Shown piece by piece: positions 18,902 through 28,361 of a DNA stretch of 64,000 nt; the first letter of the stretch is position 1; every line of letters starts with the position of its first letter. This DNA is from an uncultured delta proteobacterium (GTDB lineage: Bacteria; Myxococcota_A; Polyangia; Polyangiales; Polyangiaceae). A program made the position numbers and the translations under genes. The stretch is taken from contig CAWAIF010000003.1 in NCBI GenBank assembly GCA_963782055.1, positions 3,968,001-4,032,000 on the forward strand, written 5' to 3'. The notes below the pieces were generated by a model. It had not been told where the DNA came from. It saw only the letters and a program-made list of their open reading frames with translations, and did not search any database.

Positions 18902-19644
18902 TGGTGGTCATCCCGGCGATCGATCTGCTCGACGGCAAGGCGGTGCGCCTGCACCAGGGGCGCTACGACGAGGTCACCGTCTACGACGACGACCCGGTGC
19001 GCCGCGCGCGCGCCTTCAAGGACGCCGGTGCGGAGCGGCTGCACGTGGTGGACCTCGCCGGAGCGAAGGCGGGCGCGTGCGTGCAGCGCGACCTGGTGCT
19101 CGCCATCGTCCGCGAGTTCGGCGCGGGCGTGCAGGTGGGCGGCGGGGTGCGCTCGCGCGGGGCGTTCGAGTCCTACGCCAACACGGGGGCCCAGCGCGTG
19201 GTGCTGGGGACCGCGGCGCTGAAGGACCTCGCGATGGTGCGTGCACTCTGCACTGATTTCCCCGGGAGGGTGATCGTCGCGGTGGACGCGAAGGACGGCC
19301 TGGTCGCGGTGGACGGCTGGACCGAGGTCTCGACCACGACCGCCGTGGACCTGGCGCGCCGCTTCGCCGACGTCCCGGTGGGCGCGATCCTCTACACCGA
19401 CGTGGCGCGCGACGGCACGCGCGCGGGGCCCAACGTGGAGGCGACGGCGCGCCTGGCGCGGGAGGCGGGTCTGCCTGTCATCGCCTCCGGGGGCGTCGCC
19501 TCGATGGACGACGTCCGCGCCCTGACGAAGCACCCGGGTGTCGAGGGCGTCATCGTCGGCCGCGCGCTCTACGACGGCTCGATCGCCCTCGACGAGGCGT
19601 TCAGGCTCCCCCTCTCCCGTGAGGGAGAGGGGGCTGGGGGGTGA
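18898..19644 (+). CDS. hisA: ProFAR isomerase
   Basis: IPAIDL..GKAVRL, LHVVDL, QVGGGVR, TDVARDG, IASGGV, GRALY. Confidence 0.95.
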   Translation: MMVVIPAIDLLDGKAVRLHQGRYDEVTVYDDDPVRRARAFKDAGAERLHVVDLAGAKAGACVQRDLVLAIVREFGAGVQVGGGVRSRGAFESYANTGAQRVVLGTAALKDLAMVRALCTDFPGRVIVAVDAKDGLVAVDGWTEVSTTTAVDLARRFADVPVGAILYTDVARDGTRAGPNVEATARLAREAGLPVIASGGVASMDDVRALTKHPGVEGVIVGRALYDGSIALDEAFRLPLSREGEGAGG

Positions 19645-22483
19645 GGACCCGGGCCAGGAAGACGCCGGTGTGGCTCTCCGCCACTCGCGCCACCGCCTCC
19701 GGCGTACCCTCCGCGACGACGCGGCCGCCGGCGTCGCCGCCCTCCGGTCCGAGGTCGATCACCCAGTCGGCGTTCTTGATGACGTCCAGGTGGTGCTCGA
19801 TGACGATGACGGTGTTGCCGGCGTCGACCAGGCGGTGGAGCACCGCGAGGAGCTTCTCCACGTCGCCGAAGTGCAGGCCGGTCGTCGGCTCGTCCAGCAC
19901 GTAGACGGTGCGGCCGGTGGCCACGCGGGAGAGCTCGCGGGAGAGCTTGATGCGCTGCGCCTCGCCGCCGGACAGCGTCGGCGAGGGCTGGCCCAGCTTG
20001 ACGTAGCCCAGGCCCACGTCGTCCAGCGTCCGGAGCGCGCGCACGATCTCCCGGTGCACCGCGAAGTGCTCCAGCGCCTCGCGCACGCTCATCTCCAGCA
20101 CGTCGGCGATGCTCTTTTCCTTGTACTTCACGCGCAGCGTCGCCTCGTTGAAGCGGCGGCCGTGGCACTCCTCGCACGTGACGTAGACGTCGGGCAGGAA
20201 GTGCATCTCCACCGTGCGCAGGCCGTCCCCGCCGCACGCCTCGCACCGGCCGCCCTTCACGTTGAAGGAGAAGCGGCCGGGGCCGTAGCCGTACTTGCGG
20301 GCCTCCGGCGTGCGGGCGAAGAGATCGCGCACGTGGCCCCAGAGCTTGGTGTACGTCGCCGGGTTGCTGCGCGGCGTGCGGCCGATGGGCTGCTGGTCGA
20401 TGGCGATGATCTTGTCGACGTGCTCGATCCCCGTCACCCGCTTGTGCGCGCCGACCGGGACGTGCGCCTCGTGCAGCGCCCGCGCGAGCGCCGGGTAGAG
20501 GATGCGGTTGACGAGCGTGGACTTTCCCGCGCCGGAGACGCCGGTGACGGCGACCAGGGTGCCGAGCGGGATGCGCACCGTCACCTTCTTCAGGTTGTGC
20601 TCCGACGCGCCGGTGACGGTGAGGGCGGTCTTGCGGCCGGGCCGGCGCTCCGCCGGCGTGGCGATGCGCCTGCGCCCGGCGAGGTAGTCGCCGGTGAGCG
20701 AGCCGGGCGTCCGCATGACCTCCCGCGGGGTGCCCTGCGCCACCACCTCGCCGCCGAGCGCGCCCGCGCCGGGGCCGAAGTCGATGAGCCAGTCGGCGGC
20801 GCGCATGGTCTCCTCGTCGTGCTCCACCACCACGACCGAGTTGCCGAGGTCGCGCAGCCGCTCCAGCGTGGCGAGCAGGCGCGCGTTGTCGCGCTGGTGC
20901 AGGCCGATGGAGGGCTCGTCCAGGACGTAGATGACGCCCTCCAGCTCGCTCCCGATCTGCGAGGCGAGGCGGATGCGCTGGCTCTCCCCGCCGGAGAGGG
21001 TGCCGGCGGCGCGGTCGAGGGTCAGGTAGTCCAGGCCCACGTCCACCAGGAAGCCCAGGCGCGCCTGGATCTCCTTGATCACCTCCTCGGTGATGGCGGC
21101 CTCCGCGCCGGTGGCGCCCGCCGCGGCGAAGAAGCGGCGCGCCTCGCCCACGGTGCCGCCGGTGACCGCGTCGATCGACTGCCCGCTGAAGCGCACCGCC
21201 AGGCTCTCCGGCCGCAGCCGCTTGCCCTCGCAGTCGGGGCAGCGCTTCTCCGAGAGGTAGCGCATGTAGTATGCACGCATCTCGTCGCTGGTCGCCGACT
21301 TGAAGCGGCGCATGAGCATGGGCGCGAGGCCCTCCCAGTCCCACTGCCGCGTGGAGCTGCCCCACATGACCGCCTCGCGAGAGGCCTTCGGCAGGTCCTT
21401 CCACGGCGTGGTCATGCTCACCCGCAGGCTGCGCAGCAGGCTCTGCACCCAGTCCGCCTTCCAGCCCTCCCCGCGCGCCATCGACGCGGCCCACACCGCG
21501 ATGGCGCCGTCGCGGATGGAGAGGTCCGGACGCGTCACGATGAGGTCGGGGTCCATCTCCGGGCGGGAGCCCAGGCCGTTGCACGACGGGCACGCGCCCT
21601 GCGGCGCGTTGAAGGAGAAGCTGGGCGGGGAGAGCTCGGGGAAGGAGACGCCGCAGTGCTCGCAGGCGTTGCGCTGGCTCATCACGCGGTCGCCCTCCGG
21701 CGTGGCCACGATCAGGATCCCCTGCCCCTCGCGCAGCGCGGTCTCCACCGAGTCGGTGAGGCGGGCGCCGTCGCCCGGGACGACGATGCGGTCGACGACG
21801 ATCTCCAGATCGTGCTTGGCCTTCTTGTCGAGCGGCGGGAGCTTCTCCCCGAGGTCCACCACGCGGCCGTCGATGCGCATGCGGACGAAGCCGCGCTTGC
21901 GCGCGCCGTCGATCACGCCGTCGTGCTCGCCCTTCCGGTTGCGCACCAGGGGCGCGAGGATCTGCGCCTTCGTCCCGGCGGGCATCGCCTGGATGGCGCG
22001 GACGATCTGCTCGGCGGTCTGCGCGCCGACGCGGCGGCCGCACCGGTGGCAGTGCTGCACGCCGGCGCGCGCCCAGAGCACGCGCATGTAGTCGTAGACC
22101 TCGGTGACGGTGCCGACGGTGGAGCGCGGGTTGTTGGACGCCGACTTCTGCTCGATGGCGATGGTCGGCGAGAGGCCGCGGATGGTGTCGTACCTGGGCT
22201 TCTCCATCTGCCCGAGGAACTGCCGGGCGTAGCTGGAGAGGCTCTCCACGTAGCGGCGCTGGCCCTCGGCGTAGAGGGTGTCGAAGGCGAGCGACGACTT
22301 GCCGCTGCCCGACGGGCCGGTCACGACGACGAGCTTCTGCTTCGGGATGCGGACGGTGACGTTCTTGAGGTTGTGCTCGCGCGCGCCGCGGATGACGATC
22401 GCGTCGTGGGCGCGCGCCGTCGCCTTCTCCGGCTTCGGAGCGCTGCCCTTCCCCGCGCGAGGTGCTTCGTGCGCGAGCGTCAC
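19601..22483 (-). CDS. uvrA: Excinuclease ABC subunit A
   Basis: [34 protein letters not shown], second ABC domain GVSGAGKS and LSGGEAQR, zinc fingers. Confidence 0.97.
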   Translation of the reverse strand: MTLAHEAPRAGKGSAPKPEKATARAHDAIVIRGAREHNLKNVTVRIPKQKLVVVTGPSGSGKSSLAFDTLYAEGQRRYVESLSSYARQFLGQMEKPRYDTIRGLSPTIAIEQKSASNNPRSTVGTVTEVYDYMRVLWARAGVQHCHRCGRRVGAQTAEQIVRAIQAMPAGTKAQILAPLVRNRKGEHDGVIDGARKRGFVRMRIDGRVVDLGEKLPPLDKKAKHDLEIVVDRIVVPGDGARLTDSVETALREGQGILIVATPEGDRVMSQRNACEHCGVSFPELSPPSFSFNAPQGACPSCNGLGSRPEMDPDLIVTRPDLSIRDGAIAVWAASMARGEGWKADWVQSLLRSLRVSMTTPWKDLPKASREAVMWGSSTRQWDWEGLAPMLMRRFKSATSDEMRAYYMRYLSEKRCPDCEGKRLRPESLAVRFSGQSIDAVTGGTVGEARRFFAAAGATGAEAAITEEVIKEIQARLGFLVDVGLDYLTLDRAAGTLSGGESQRIRLASQIGSELEGVIYVLDEPSIGLHQRDNARLLATLERLRDLGNSVVVVEHDEETMRAADWLIDFGPGAGALGGEVVAQGTPREVMRTPGSLTGDYLAGRRRIATPAERRPGRKTALTVTGASEHNLKKVTVRIPLGTLVAVTGVSGAGKSTLVNRILYPALARALHEAHVPVGAHKRVTGIEHVDKIIAIDQQPIGRTPRSNPATYTKLWGHVRDLFARTPEARKYGYGPGRFSFNVKGGRCEACGGDGLRTVEMHFLPDVYVTCEECHGRRFNEATLRVKYKEKSIADVLEMSVREALEHFAVHREIVRALRTLDDVGLGYVKLGQPSPTLSGGEAQRIKLSRELSRVATGRTVYVLDEPTTGLHFGDVEKLLAVLHRLVDAGNTVIVIEHHLDVIKNADWVIDLGPEGGDAGGRVVAEGTPEAVARVAESHTGVFLARVLTPQPPLPHGRGGA
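19608..19646. repeat. REP-like palindrome inside the hisA/uvrA convergent overlap
   Basis: CCCCCTCTCCC-GTGA-GGGAGAGGGGG (11-bp stem) followed by CTGGGGGGTGAGG. Confidence 0.6.
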
Positions 22484-22490
22484 GCGGCGA

Positions 22491-22979
22491 TCACCCGAGG
22501 GCCTTCTCGATCGCCGCGCGCACCTCGGGCGCCTGCGGCTCCACCTGCGGCTCGAACCGGCCGAGGATCTCGCCGCGCTTGCCCACCAGGAACTTGTTGA
22601 AGTTCCACTTGATCTCGCCGGCGAAGTCGGGGTCGGTGTCCTTGCCGGTCAGGTACTGGAAGAGCGGGTGGATCCCCTCGCCCTTGACCACGACCTTGCC
22701 GAACATGTCGAACTTCACGCCGAACTTGGTCTCGCAGAACTGCTTGATCTCGTCGTTCGCTCCCGGCTCCTGCGCGCCGAACTCGTTGGCGGGGAAGCCG
22801 AGCACGCGCAGGCCCTTCGGCCCGTACTCCTCGTGGAGTTTCTCCAGGGCCTCGTACTGCGGGGTGAGCCCGCACTGCGAGGCGACGTTGACGATGAGCA
22901 GCACCTTGCCGTCGTAGTCGGCGAGCTTCTTGTCGTCGCCGGTGATGGTCTTGGCGGAGAAGTCGTGAACGCTGGGCAT
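22491..22979 (-). CDS. Glutathione peroxidase (Cys type)
   Basis: NVASQCGLT, LGFPANEF, IKWNFNKFL. AGGAGG SD upstream. Confidence 0.95.
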   Translation of the reverse strand: MPSVHDFSAKTITGDDKKLADYDGKVLLIVNVASQCGLTPQYEALEKLHEEYGPKGLRVLGFPANEFGAQEPGANDEIKQFCETKFGVKFDMFGKVVVKGEGIHPLFQYLTGKDTDPDFAGEIKWNFNKFLVGKRGEILGRFEPQVEPQAPEVRAAIEKALG

Positions 22980-23042
22980 CGAGCTCTGGCCTCCTTGTGG
23001 GGGCTTGGATGCTACGTCATCGCATCCGGATGCGCGACCGCG

Positions 23043-24020
23043 TCACACGCCGACCGGATGCCAGACCGTCTTGGTCTCCAGGAAGCGCTCGATCCACCCG
23101 AGACCCTGCCCCTTGCGCGGATCGCTCCAGCGCGCGCGGGCAGGATCATGCGTCTTGGTTCGCTTCACGTTGTCGGCGCCGAGGCGCTCCAGCTCGGTCC
23201 GGAGCTTCGGGTCGGCGATCCAGGCGTCCACGCCGATCACCTCGCGGTGCTTGGCGATGACCGGGGCGACCTCCGCCGCGCGGCCGGTGAGCACGTTGAG
23301 CACGCCGCCGGGCAGATCGCTGGTGGCGAGACCCTCGCAGAAGACGAGAGCGGTGCGCGGATCCGCCCCGCCGGCCAGGACGACGCAGGTGTTCCCCCCG
23401 GCGATCACCGGCAGGACCGTGGAGATCAGGCCGAGCAGCGCCGGGCGCTCCGGCGCGATCACGCCGACGACGCCCATCGGCTCGGGCACGCTGAAGCCGA
23501 AGTGCGGACCGGCGACCGGGTTGGAGGAGGCGACCAGCGCGTGGAATTTGTCGGCGAAGCCGGCGTAGAAGACGGCGCGGTCGATGCTCGCGTCCACCTC
23601 GGCGGCGGCGTCCTCGGCGCTCGCCCCGCCGCGCACCAGCGCGGTGTGCAGCTCGTCCCGGCGCGACTCCAGCATCTCCGCCAGGCGGTAGAGGATCTGC
23701 CCGCGGTTGAAGGGGGTACGCGCGGCCCAGCCGGCGCCCGCGTTGCGCGCGGCGAGGACCGCGTCGCGGACGTCCTTGCGGGAGCCGCGGGGCACGTTGA
23801 CGATCTCCGGGTCGGCGTTGGGCACGAGCGCGGCGCTCTTCACTTGAAAGTACCTCCCCGACTCGGAGCGCACGAAGGCTCCGCCCACGTACATCTTGTA
23901 GGCCTTGTTGACCGTCACGCGCGCGGGGAGGCGGAAGTCCCCCTCGTGCTTCACCAGCGGCGCGTGGCGCGGCAGGGCGACACCGTTGGTCCGGCGGCGG
24001 GTCCTCGTCTTGGTGCTCAT
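23043..24020 (-). CDS. Truncated aldehyde dehydrogenase-like protein (NAD-binding and oligomerisation part only)
   Basis: KMYVGGAFVRSESGR, EPMGVVG, LPGGVLNVLTG, ETKTVWHP. No ELGGK motif and no catalytic Cys. Confidence 0.85.
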   Translation of the reverse strand: MSTKTRTRRRTNGVALPRHAPLVKHEGDFRLPARVTVNKAYKMYVGGAFVRSESGRYFQVKSAALVPNADPEIVNVPRGSRKDVRDAVLAARNAGAGWAARTPFNRGQILYRLAEMLESRRDELHTALVRGGASAEDAAAEVDASIDRAVFYAGFADKFHALVASSNPVAGPHFGFSVPEPMGVVGVIAPERPALLGLISTVLPVIAGGNTCVVLAGGADPRTALVFCEGLATSDLPGGVLNVLTGRAAEVAPVIAKHREVIGVDAWIADPKLRTELERLGADNVKRTKTHDPARARWSDPRKGQGLGWIERFLETKTVWHPVGV

Positions 24021-24023
24021 GGC

Positions 24024-25550
24024 TCAGTCCAGCTCCACGTACGCCGCGAGGCCCTGGCGGCCGCCCTCGCGGCCGAAGCCGCTCTCCTTGTAGCCGCCGA
24101 AGGGAGAGCTCGGGTCGAACTTGTTGTAGGTGTTGCCCCAGACGACGCCCGCCTTGAGGCGCTGGGCCATCCAGAAGATCTTGGCGCCCTTGTCCGTCCA
24201 GATGCCGGCGGAGAGGCCGTACATGGTGTTGTTGGCCTTCTCCACGGCCTCCTGGGGCGTGCGGAAGGTCAGGACGCTCAGCACCGGGCCGAAGATCTCC
24301 TCCCGGGCGATGCGGCTGGACTGCGCCACGCCGGTGAAGAAGGTGGGCGGGAACCAGTAGCCGCGGCTCGGGAGCGAGCACGGCGCGCTGTAGCGCTCGG
24401 CGCCCTCGTGCTCGCCGGCCTTGACCAGCTCCTTGATGCGCTCCAGCTGCGCCTTGGAGTTGATGGCGCCGACGTCGGTGTTCTTGTCCAGCGGATCGCC
24501 GAGGCGCAGGGTGGCGACGCGATTGCGGAGCTTGCGGACGACCAGATCGTGCGCGCTCTCCTCCACCAGCAGGCGCGAGCCGGCGCAGCACACGTGCCCC
24601 TGGTTGAAGTAGATGCCGTTGACGATGCCCTCGATGGCCTGATCGATCGGCGCGTCGGCGAAGACGACGTTGGCCGCCTTGCCGCCCAGCTCGAGGGTCG
24701 CGCGCTTGTGCGTGCCGGCGATGGCCCGCTGGATGCGCTTGCCCACCTCCGTCGATCCGGTGAAGGCGACCTTGTCCACGTCGGGGTGCGAGGCGAGGGC
24801 GGCGCCGGTGGCCCCGAACCCGGTCACGATGTTGACCACGCCGGGCGGGAGCTCCGCTTCCTCCATGATCTCGGCGAGCATCAGCGCGGTGAGGGGCGTC
24901 GTCTCCGCCGGCTTGAGCACCACCGTGTTGCCGCACGCCAGCGCCGGCGCGATCTTCCAGGCCGCCATGAGCAGCGGGAAGTTCCAGGGGATGATCTGCC
25001 CGGCGACGCCGAGCGGCCGCACCTTGCGGCCGTGGAAGGCGTAGTCCAGCTTGTCCGCCCAGCCCGCGTGATAGAAGAAGTGCGCCGCGGCGAGCGGCAC
25101 GTCCACGTCGCGCGACTCCTTGATGGGCTTGCCGCCGTCCATCGACTCCACGATGGCGAGGGCGCGCGCCTTCTCCTGGATCGCCCGGGCGATGCGGAAG
25201 ATGTACTTCGCGCGCTCCGAGCCGGGCATCTTCGACCAGTACTTCGCGTAGGCGTGGCGCGCGGCGCGCACCGCCAGGTCGACGTCCTTCGCGTCGGCGT
25301 CGGCCACCTCGGCGAGCTTCTTCTCGGTCGAGGGGCTGATGCTGTCGAAGTACTTCTTCGACGTGGGCTTGTGCCACTTGCCGCCGATGAAGAGCTCGTA
25401 GCGCTTGGGAAGGACGACGTGGTCGGTCGCCTCGGGGGCGGGGGCGTAGTCCCAGGCGCGCCCGAAATCGAGCGCGGGCTCGTGTCCCTTCTTGGCCAGC
25501 CCCCCGTTGTGACCGGCGTGGCGTGCCAGCGATTTCTTTTCTTGCGACAT
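24024..25550 (-). CDS. Aldehyde dehydrogenase
   Basis: IPWNFP, FTGSTEVG, LELGGK, GHVCCAG, EEIFGPV, PFGGYKESG. Confidence 0.95.
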   Translation of the reverse strand: MSQEKKSLARHAGHNGGLAKKGHEPALDFGRAWDYAPAPEATDHVVLPKRYELFIGGKWHKPTSKKYFDSISPSTEKKLAEVADADAKDVDLAVRAARHAYAKYWSKMPGSERAKYIFRIARAIQEKARALAIVESMDGGKPIKESRDVDVPLAAAHFFYHAGWADKLDYAFHGRKVRPLGVAGQIIPWNFPLLMAAWKIAPALACGNTVVLKPAETTPLTALMLAEIMEEAELPPGVVNIVTGFGATGAALASHPDVDKVAFTGSTEVGKRIQRAIAGTHKRATLELGGKAANVVFADAPIDQAIEGIVNGIYFNQGHVCCAGSRLLVEESAHDLVVRKLRNRVATLRLGDPLDKNTDVGAINSKAQLERIKELVKAGEHEGAERYSAPCSLPSRGYWFPPTFFTGVAQSSRIAREEIFGPVLSVLTFRTPQEAVEKANNTMYGLSAGIWTDKGAKIFWMAQRLKAGVVWGNTYNKFDPSSPFGGYKESGFGREGGRQGLAAYVELD

Positions 25551-25556
25551 GTTCGG

Positions 25557-26510
25557 TCAGTCCTTGGAGAAGTCTTCGACCGCCTGGTACGAGCCGGTGC
25601 GCTCCTTCTCGATCTGCATGAGGATGTCGTTGAGCAGCGTGCTCGCGCCGAAGCGGAAGAGGTCTGGCGTGAGCCACGCGTCCCCGAGCGTCTCCTTGAC
25701 GATGACGAGGTAGTGGAGCGACTGCTTGGCGGTGCGAATGCCGCCGGCGGGCTTCATCCCCACGCGCCGGCCGGTGGCGTAGTAGTGATCGCGAATCGCC
25801 TCCAGCATCACCAGCGTCACGGCGGGGGTGGCGGCCGGGGAGATCTTGCCGGTGGAGGTCTTGATGAAGTCGCCCCCTGCGGCGATGCCAATCTCGCTCG
25901 CCTTGCGCACGACATCGTAGCTGCCGAGCTCGCCGGTCTCCAGGATGACCTTGAGGTGCGCGTCGCCGCACGCCTCCTTGACGGCGGCGATCTCGTCGAA
26001 GACCTTGCGGTAGTCCCCCGCGAGCATCGCCCCCCGGTCGATCACCATGTCGATCTCGTCGGCGCCCATCTCCACGGCGCGGCGGACGTCGTCCAGCTTG
26101 ACCGGGAGGGGCGACTGGCCGCCCGGAAACGCGGTGGCCACGCTCGCCACCTTCACCTTGCTGCCGGCCAGGGTGCGCTTCGCCACCGGGACGAGGTTGG
26201 GGTACACGCACACCGCGGCGACAGGGCCGATGCTCGGGTCGGCGTCGAGGGGGGAGAGCGCCTTGTGGCACATCTGCCGGACCTTGCCGGGGGTGTCCTT
26301 CCCCTCCAGGGTGGTGAGGTCCATCATCCGGACCGCGAGCTTCAGGCCGGCCACCTTCGCGGCCTTCTTGATGGAGCGCTTGCCCAGGGCGGCGACGCGC
26401 GCCTCGACCGCGACCTGATCCACCGGGGGAGAGGCCGGGTTGAAGGTGGAGGGGGCGCCGAACTGCGAGGTGCGCTTCGGCTGCGAACGGCTGGGGATGG
26501 CGAGGGTCAC
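25557..26510 (-). CDS. deoC: Deoxyribose-phosphate aldolase
   Basis: DLTTL, AAVCVYP, GADEIDMV, LKVILETGEL, DFIKTSTGK, KPAGGIR. GTG at 26510 follows TATTTT. Confidence 0.93.
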   Translation of the reverse strand: MTLAIPSRSQPKRTSQFGAPSTFNPASPPVDQVAVEARVAALGKRSIKKAAKVAGLKLAVRMMDLTTLEGKDTPGKVRQMCHKALSPLDADPSIGPVAAVCVYPNLVPVAKRTLAGSKVKVASVATAFPGGQSPLPVKLDDVRRAVEMGADEIDMVIDRGAMLAGDYRKVFDEIAAVKEACGDAHLKVILETGELGSYDVVRKASEIGIAAGGDFIKTSTGKISPAATPAVTLVMLEAIRDHYYATGRRVGMKPAGGIRTAKQSLHYLVIVKETLGDAWLTPDLFRFGASTLLNDILMQIEKERTGSYQAVEDFSKD

Positions 26511-26559
26511 GCGCCGCAAAATATCACCGCTCGGCTCCCACCCGCGGGAAAAGATCCCC

Positions 26560-27093
26560 TCACTTCCACTTCACGGTGCACCCGACGGGCTGCGTCTCGA
26601 CCGCCGGGGGCTCCTTGCCGGCGAGCAAGGCGTCCAGGGCGCTGGTCAGGTCGGGCGAGCGGACCTGCGTGGCGTCGCGGTGGTTGTCGTCGATGCGGCC
26701 GTGGTAGCGGAGGCGGCGCGCCCGGTCGAAGACGAACACCTCGGGCGTGAAGCGCGCGCCCAGTGACCTGACGAACCCCTGGGAGTCGTCGCGCAGGTAG
26801 GGGAAGTCGAAGCCGCGCTCCTTCGCCCGCTCGACCATGTGCGCCATGTCGTCCTGGACGTAGTGGTCCGCATCGTTGGCGTTGACCGCCACCAGCGCCA
26901 CCCCCTTCGGCCCGTACTCGCGGGAGACGCGCAGCATGCGGTCCTCCCAGGCGATGACGTACGGGCAGTGGTTGCACGAGACGATGACGACCAGCAGCTC
27001 CCTGTCGGCGAAGTCACCGAGGGCGTGCGTCTTGCCATCGGTGCCGGGCAGCTCGAAGTCCGGACACGGCGACCCCAGCGCGAGCGTCTTCAT
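26560..27093 (-). CDS. Thioredoxin-family (AhpC/TSA-like) protein
   Basis: PDFELPGTDG, CNHCPYV, FPYLRD, YHGRIDD, GCTVKW. Confidence 0.9.
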   Translation of the reverse strand: MKTLALGSPCPDFELPGTDGKTHALGDFADRELLVVIVSCNHCPYVIAWEDRMLRVSREYGPKGVALVAVNANDADHYVQDDMAHMVERAKERGFDFPYLRDDSQGFVRSLGARFTPEVFVFDRARRLRYHGRIDDNHRDATQVRSPDLTSALDALLAGKEPPAVETQPVGCTVKWK

Positions 27094-27205
27094 GTGGGGT
27101 CGCTTACCACACGAGGCGGCGGGTGCCCGCCCGGCACAAACGGCGCGAGCCCCGCGGCGCAACGCAGCGGGGCTCGGCGACGTCTCGGCCCGCGAGCGCG
27201 GGACC

Positions 27206-27439
27206 TCACGAACGCGGCGGGGCGGCGTCCATCTTGGCGCGCTTGCGGCGGCGCCGCGCGGCCTCTGCCTGCTTCTTGCGGCGCTTGACGCTCGGCTTCA
27301 TGTAGTGGCGGCGCATCTTGAGCTCGCGCAGCACGCCCTCCGAAGCAAGCTTGCGCTTGAGCATCTTGATGGCGCGCTCGATGCCCCGGTCGCTCACGAC
27401 GACCTCGAGGGGCTTGCACTGGATCGCTTCACTCGGCAT
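27206..27439 (-). CDS. rpsU: 30S ribosomal protein S21
   Basis: IERAIKMLKRK..EGVLRELKMRRHYMKPSVKRRKK. GGAGA SD. Confidence 0.92.
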   Translation of the reverse strand: MPSEAIQCKPLEVVVSDRGIERAIKMLKRKLASEGVLRELKMRRHYMKPSVKRRKKQAEAARRRRKRAKMDAAPPRS

Positions 27440-27603
27440 CGACTGTTCTCCACGACGGACCCGCGGCCTGGGCGCGCGGGTACGAAACTGCAAGGGCCGG
27501 CACTCGTAGCACGCCCGCCCGCGGCACGCCAAGCCCGTTTCGAGGGGGCCAGGCGGGGGTTTTCAGGGGCCGGACGGGCCGGGGAAGGGGGGCCGGAGCC
27601 AAA

Positions 27604-28023
27604 TCAGGCGGCGAAGTAGGTCGTCGCGCGCTTCTCGCCCTTCTTCCGGAGCGCCTTCTTCCCCAGACCGTGCGCCACCGGGCGGGCCAGCTCCTTGCGG
27701 GCAAGGCCGAGCTTCTTCTGGATCTCCTCCCCCCGGAGGCCCTTGGGGTTCTGCTTCAGCAGCGTGACGACGGACGCCAGGACCTTCTCCAGCTGGTCCG
27801 GCGAGCGGCGCTTCAGGCGGCCACCCTTGCGGCGACCTGCCCCCCGCGCGCGCCGGGCGGGAGCGGCGGCCTCGGCCGCGGGGCGCTTCTTCGCGGCGCC
27901 CGCGTGCCCGGGACGGCTCTCGGCCACGATGTCCTCGAGCGACGCGCCGCGCAGCGCCAGCAGCACATCGTGCGCGAACTGGCTGGCAAGCGACTCGAGG
28001 GTCCGATGAAGATCGTTCGACAT
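27604..28023 (-). CDS. Small basic putative DNA-binding (nucleoid-associated-like) protein
   Basis: Lys/Arg/Ala-rich linker, then RRSPDQL..GLRGEEIQKKLGL..KKGEKRATTYF, resembling a winged helix. Confidence 0.7.
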   Translation of the reverse strand: MSNDLHRTLESLASQFAHDVLLALRGASLEDIVAESRPGHAGAAKKRPAAEAAAPARRARGAGRRKGGRLKRRSPDQLEKVLASVVTLLKQNPKGLRGEEIQKKLGLARKELARPVAHGLGKKALRKKGEKRATTYFAA

Positions 28024-28130
28024 GCGTTTGCCAATACTGACTTGCGTGCAACCGCGTCAAGGACAGCTTCGTAAAAATTGACTGTGCATTTTGGCATCTG
28101 GTGATGAGACCCACTGCACGCTGTCGCTTG

Positions 28131-28213
28131 TGCCGAAGGAGGGGGTCGAACCCTCACGCCCTTTCGGACGGCGGATTTTGAATCCGCTGCGTCTGCCATT
28201 CCGCCACTTCGGC
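28131..28213 (-). tRNA. tRNA-Leu(CAA)
   Basis: GCCGAAG acceptor, GGCGGAATGGCAGACGC D-arm, GCGGA-TTCAAAA-TCCGC anticodon arm, long variable arm, GGTTCGACCCC T-arm. Confidence 0.95.
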
Positions 28214-28361
28214 CGCTCGGGCCGGCCGGTTTAGCACGGACGCGCGGCCGCCGAAAATCGTGACATGCGCCCGTCGCGCGCGGCCCCAGCGCCGCAGCGC
28301 CGGGCGTCCACGTGCCCTTGGGCCGGCCTCCGGTCAGTCGCCTTCGGCCCCTGTCCGGGCC

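Noticed and set aside
22491..22979. Selenocysteine glutathione peroxidase
   Set aside because: The active-site codon is TGC (Cys) and there is no in-frame TGA.
22278..26750. Long antisense and off-frame ORFs (1490 aa here, and similar ones at 2422, 11919, 19538 and 33475)
   Set aside because: Stop-codon scarcity in high-GC DNA explains them. They shadow well-supported genes and contain no motifs.
11782..28213. Prophage or genomic island integrated at tRNA-Pro or tRNA-Leu
   Set aside because: No integrase, no duplicated tRNA 3' end seen, and housekeeping genes with uniform GC lie on both sides.
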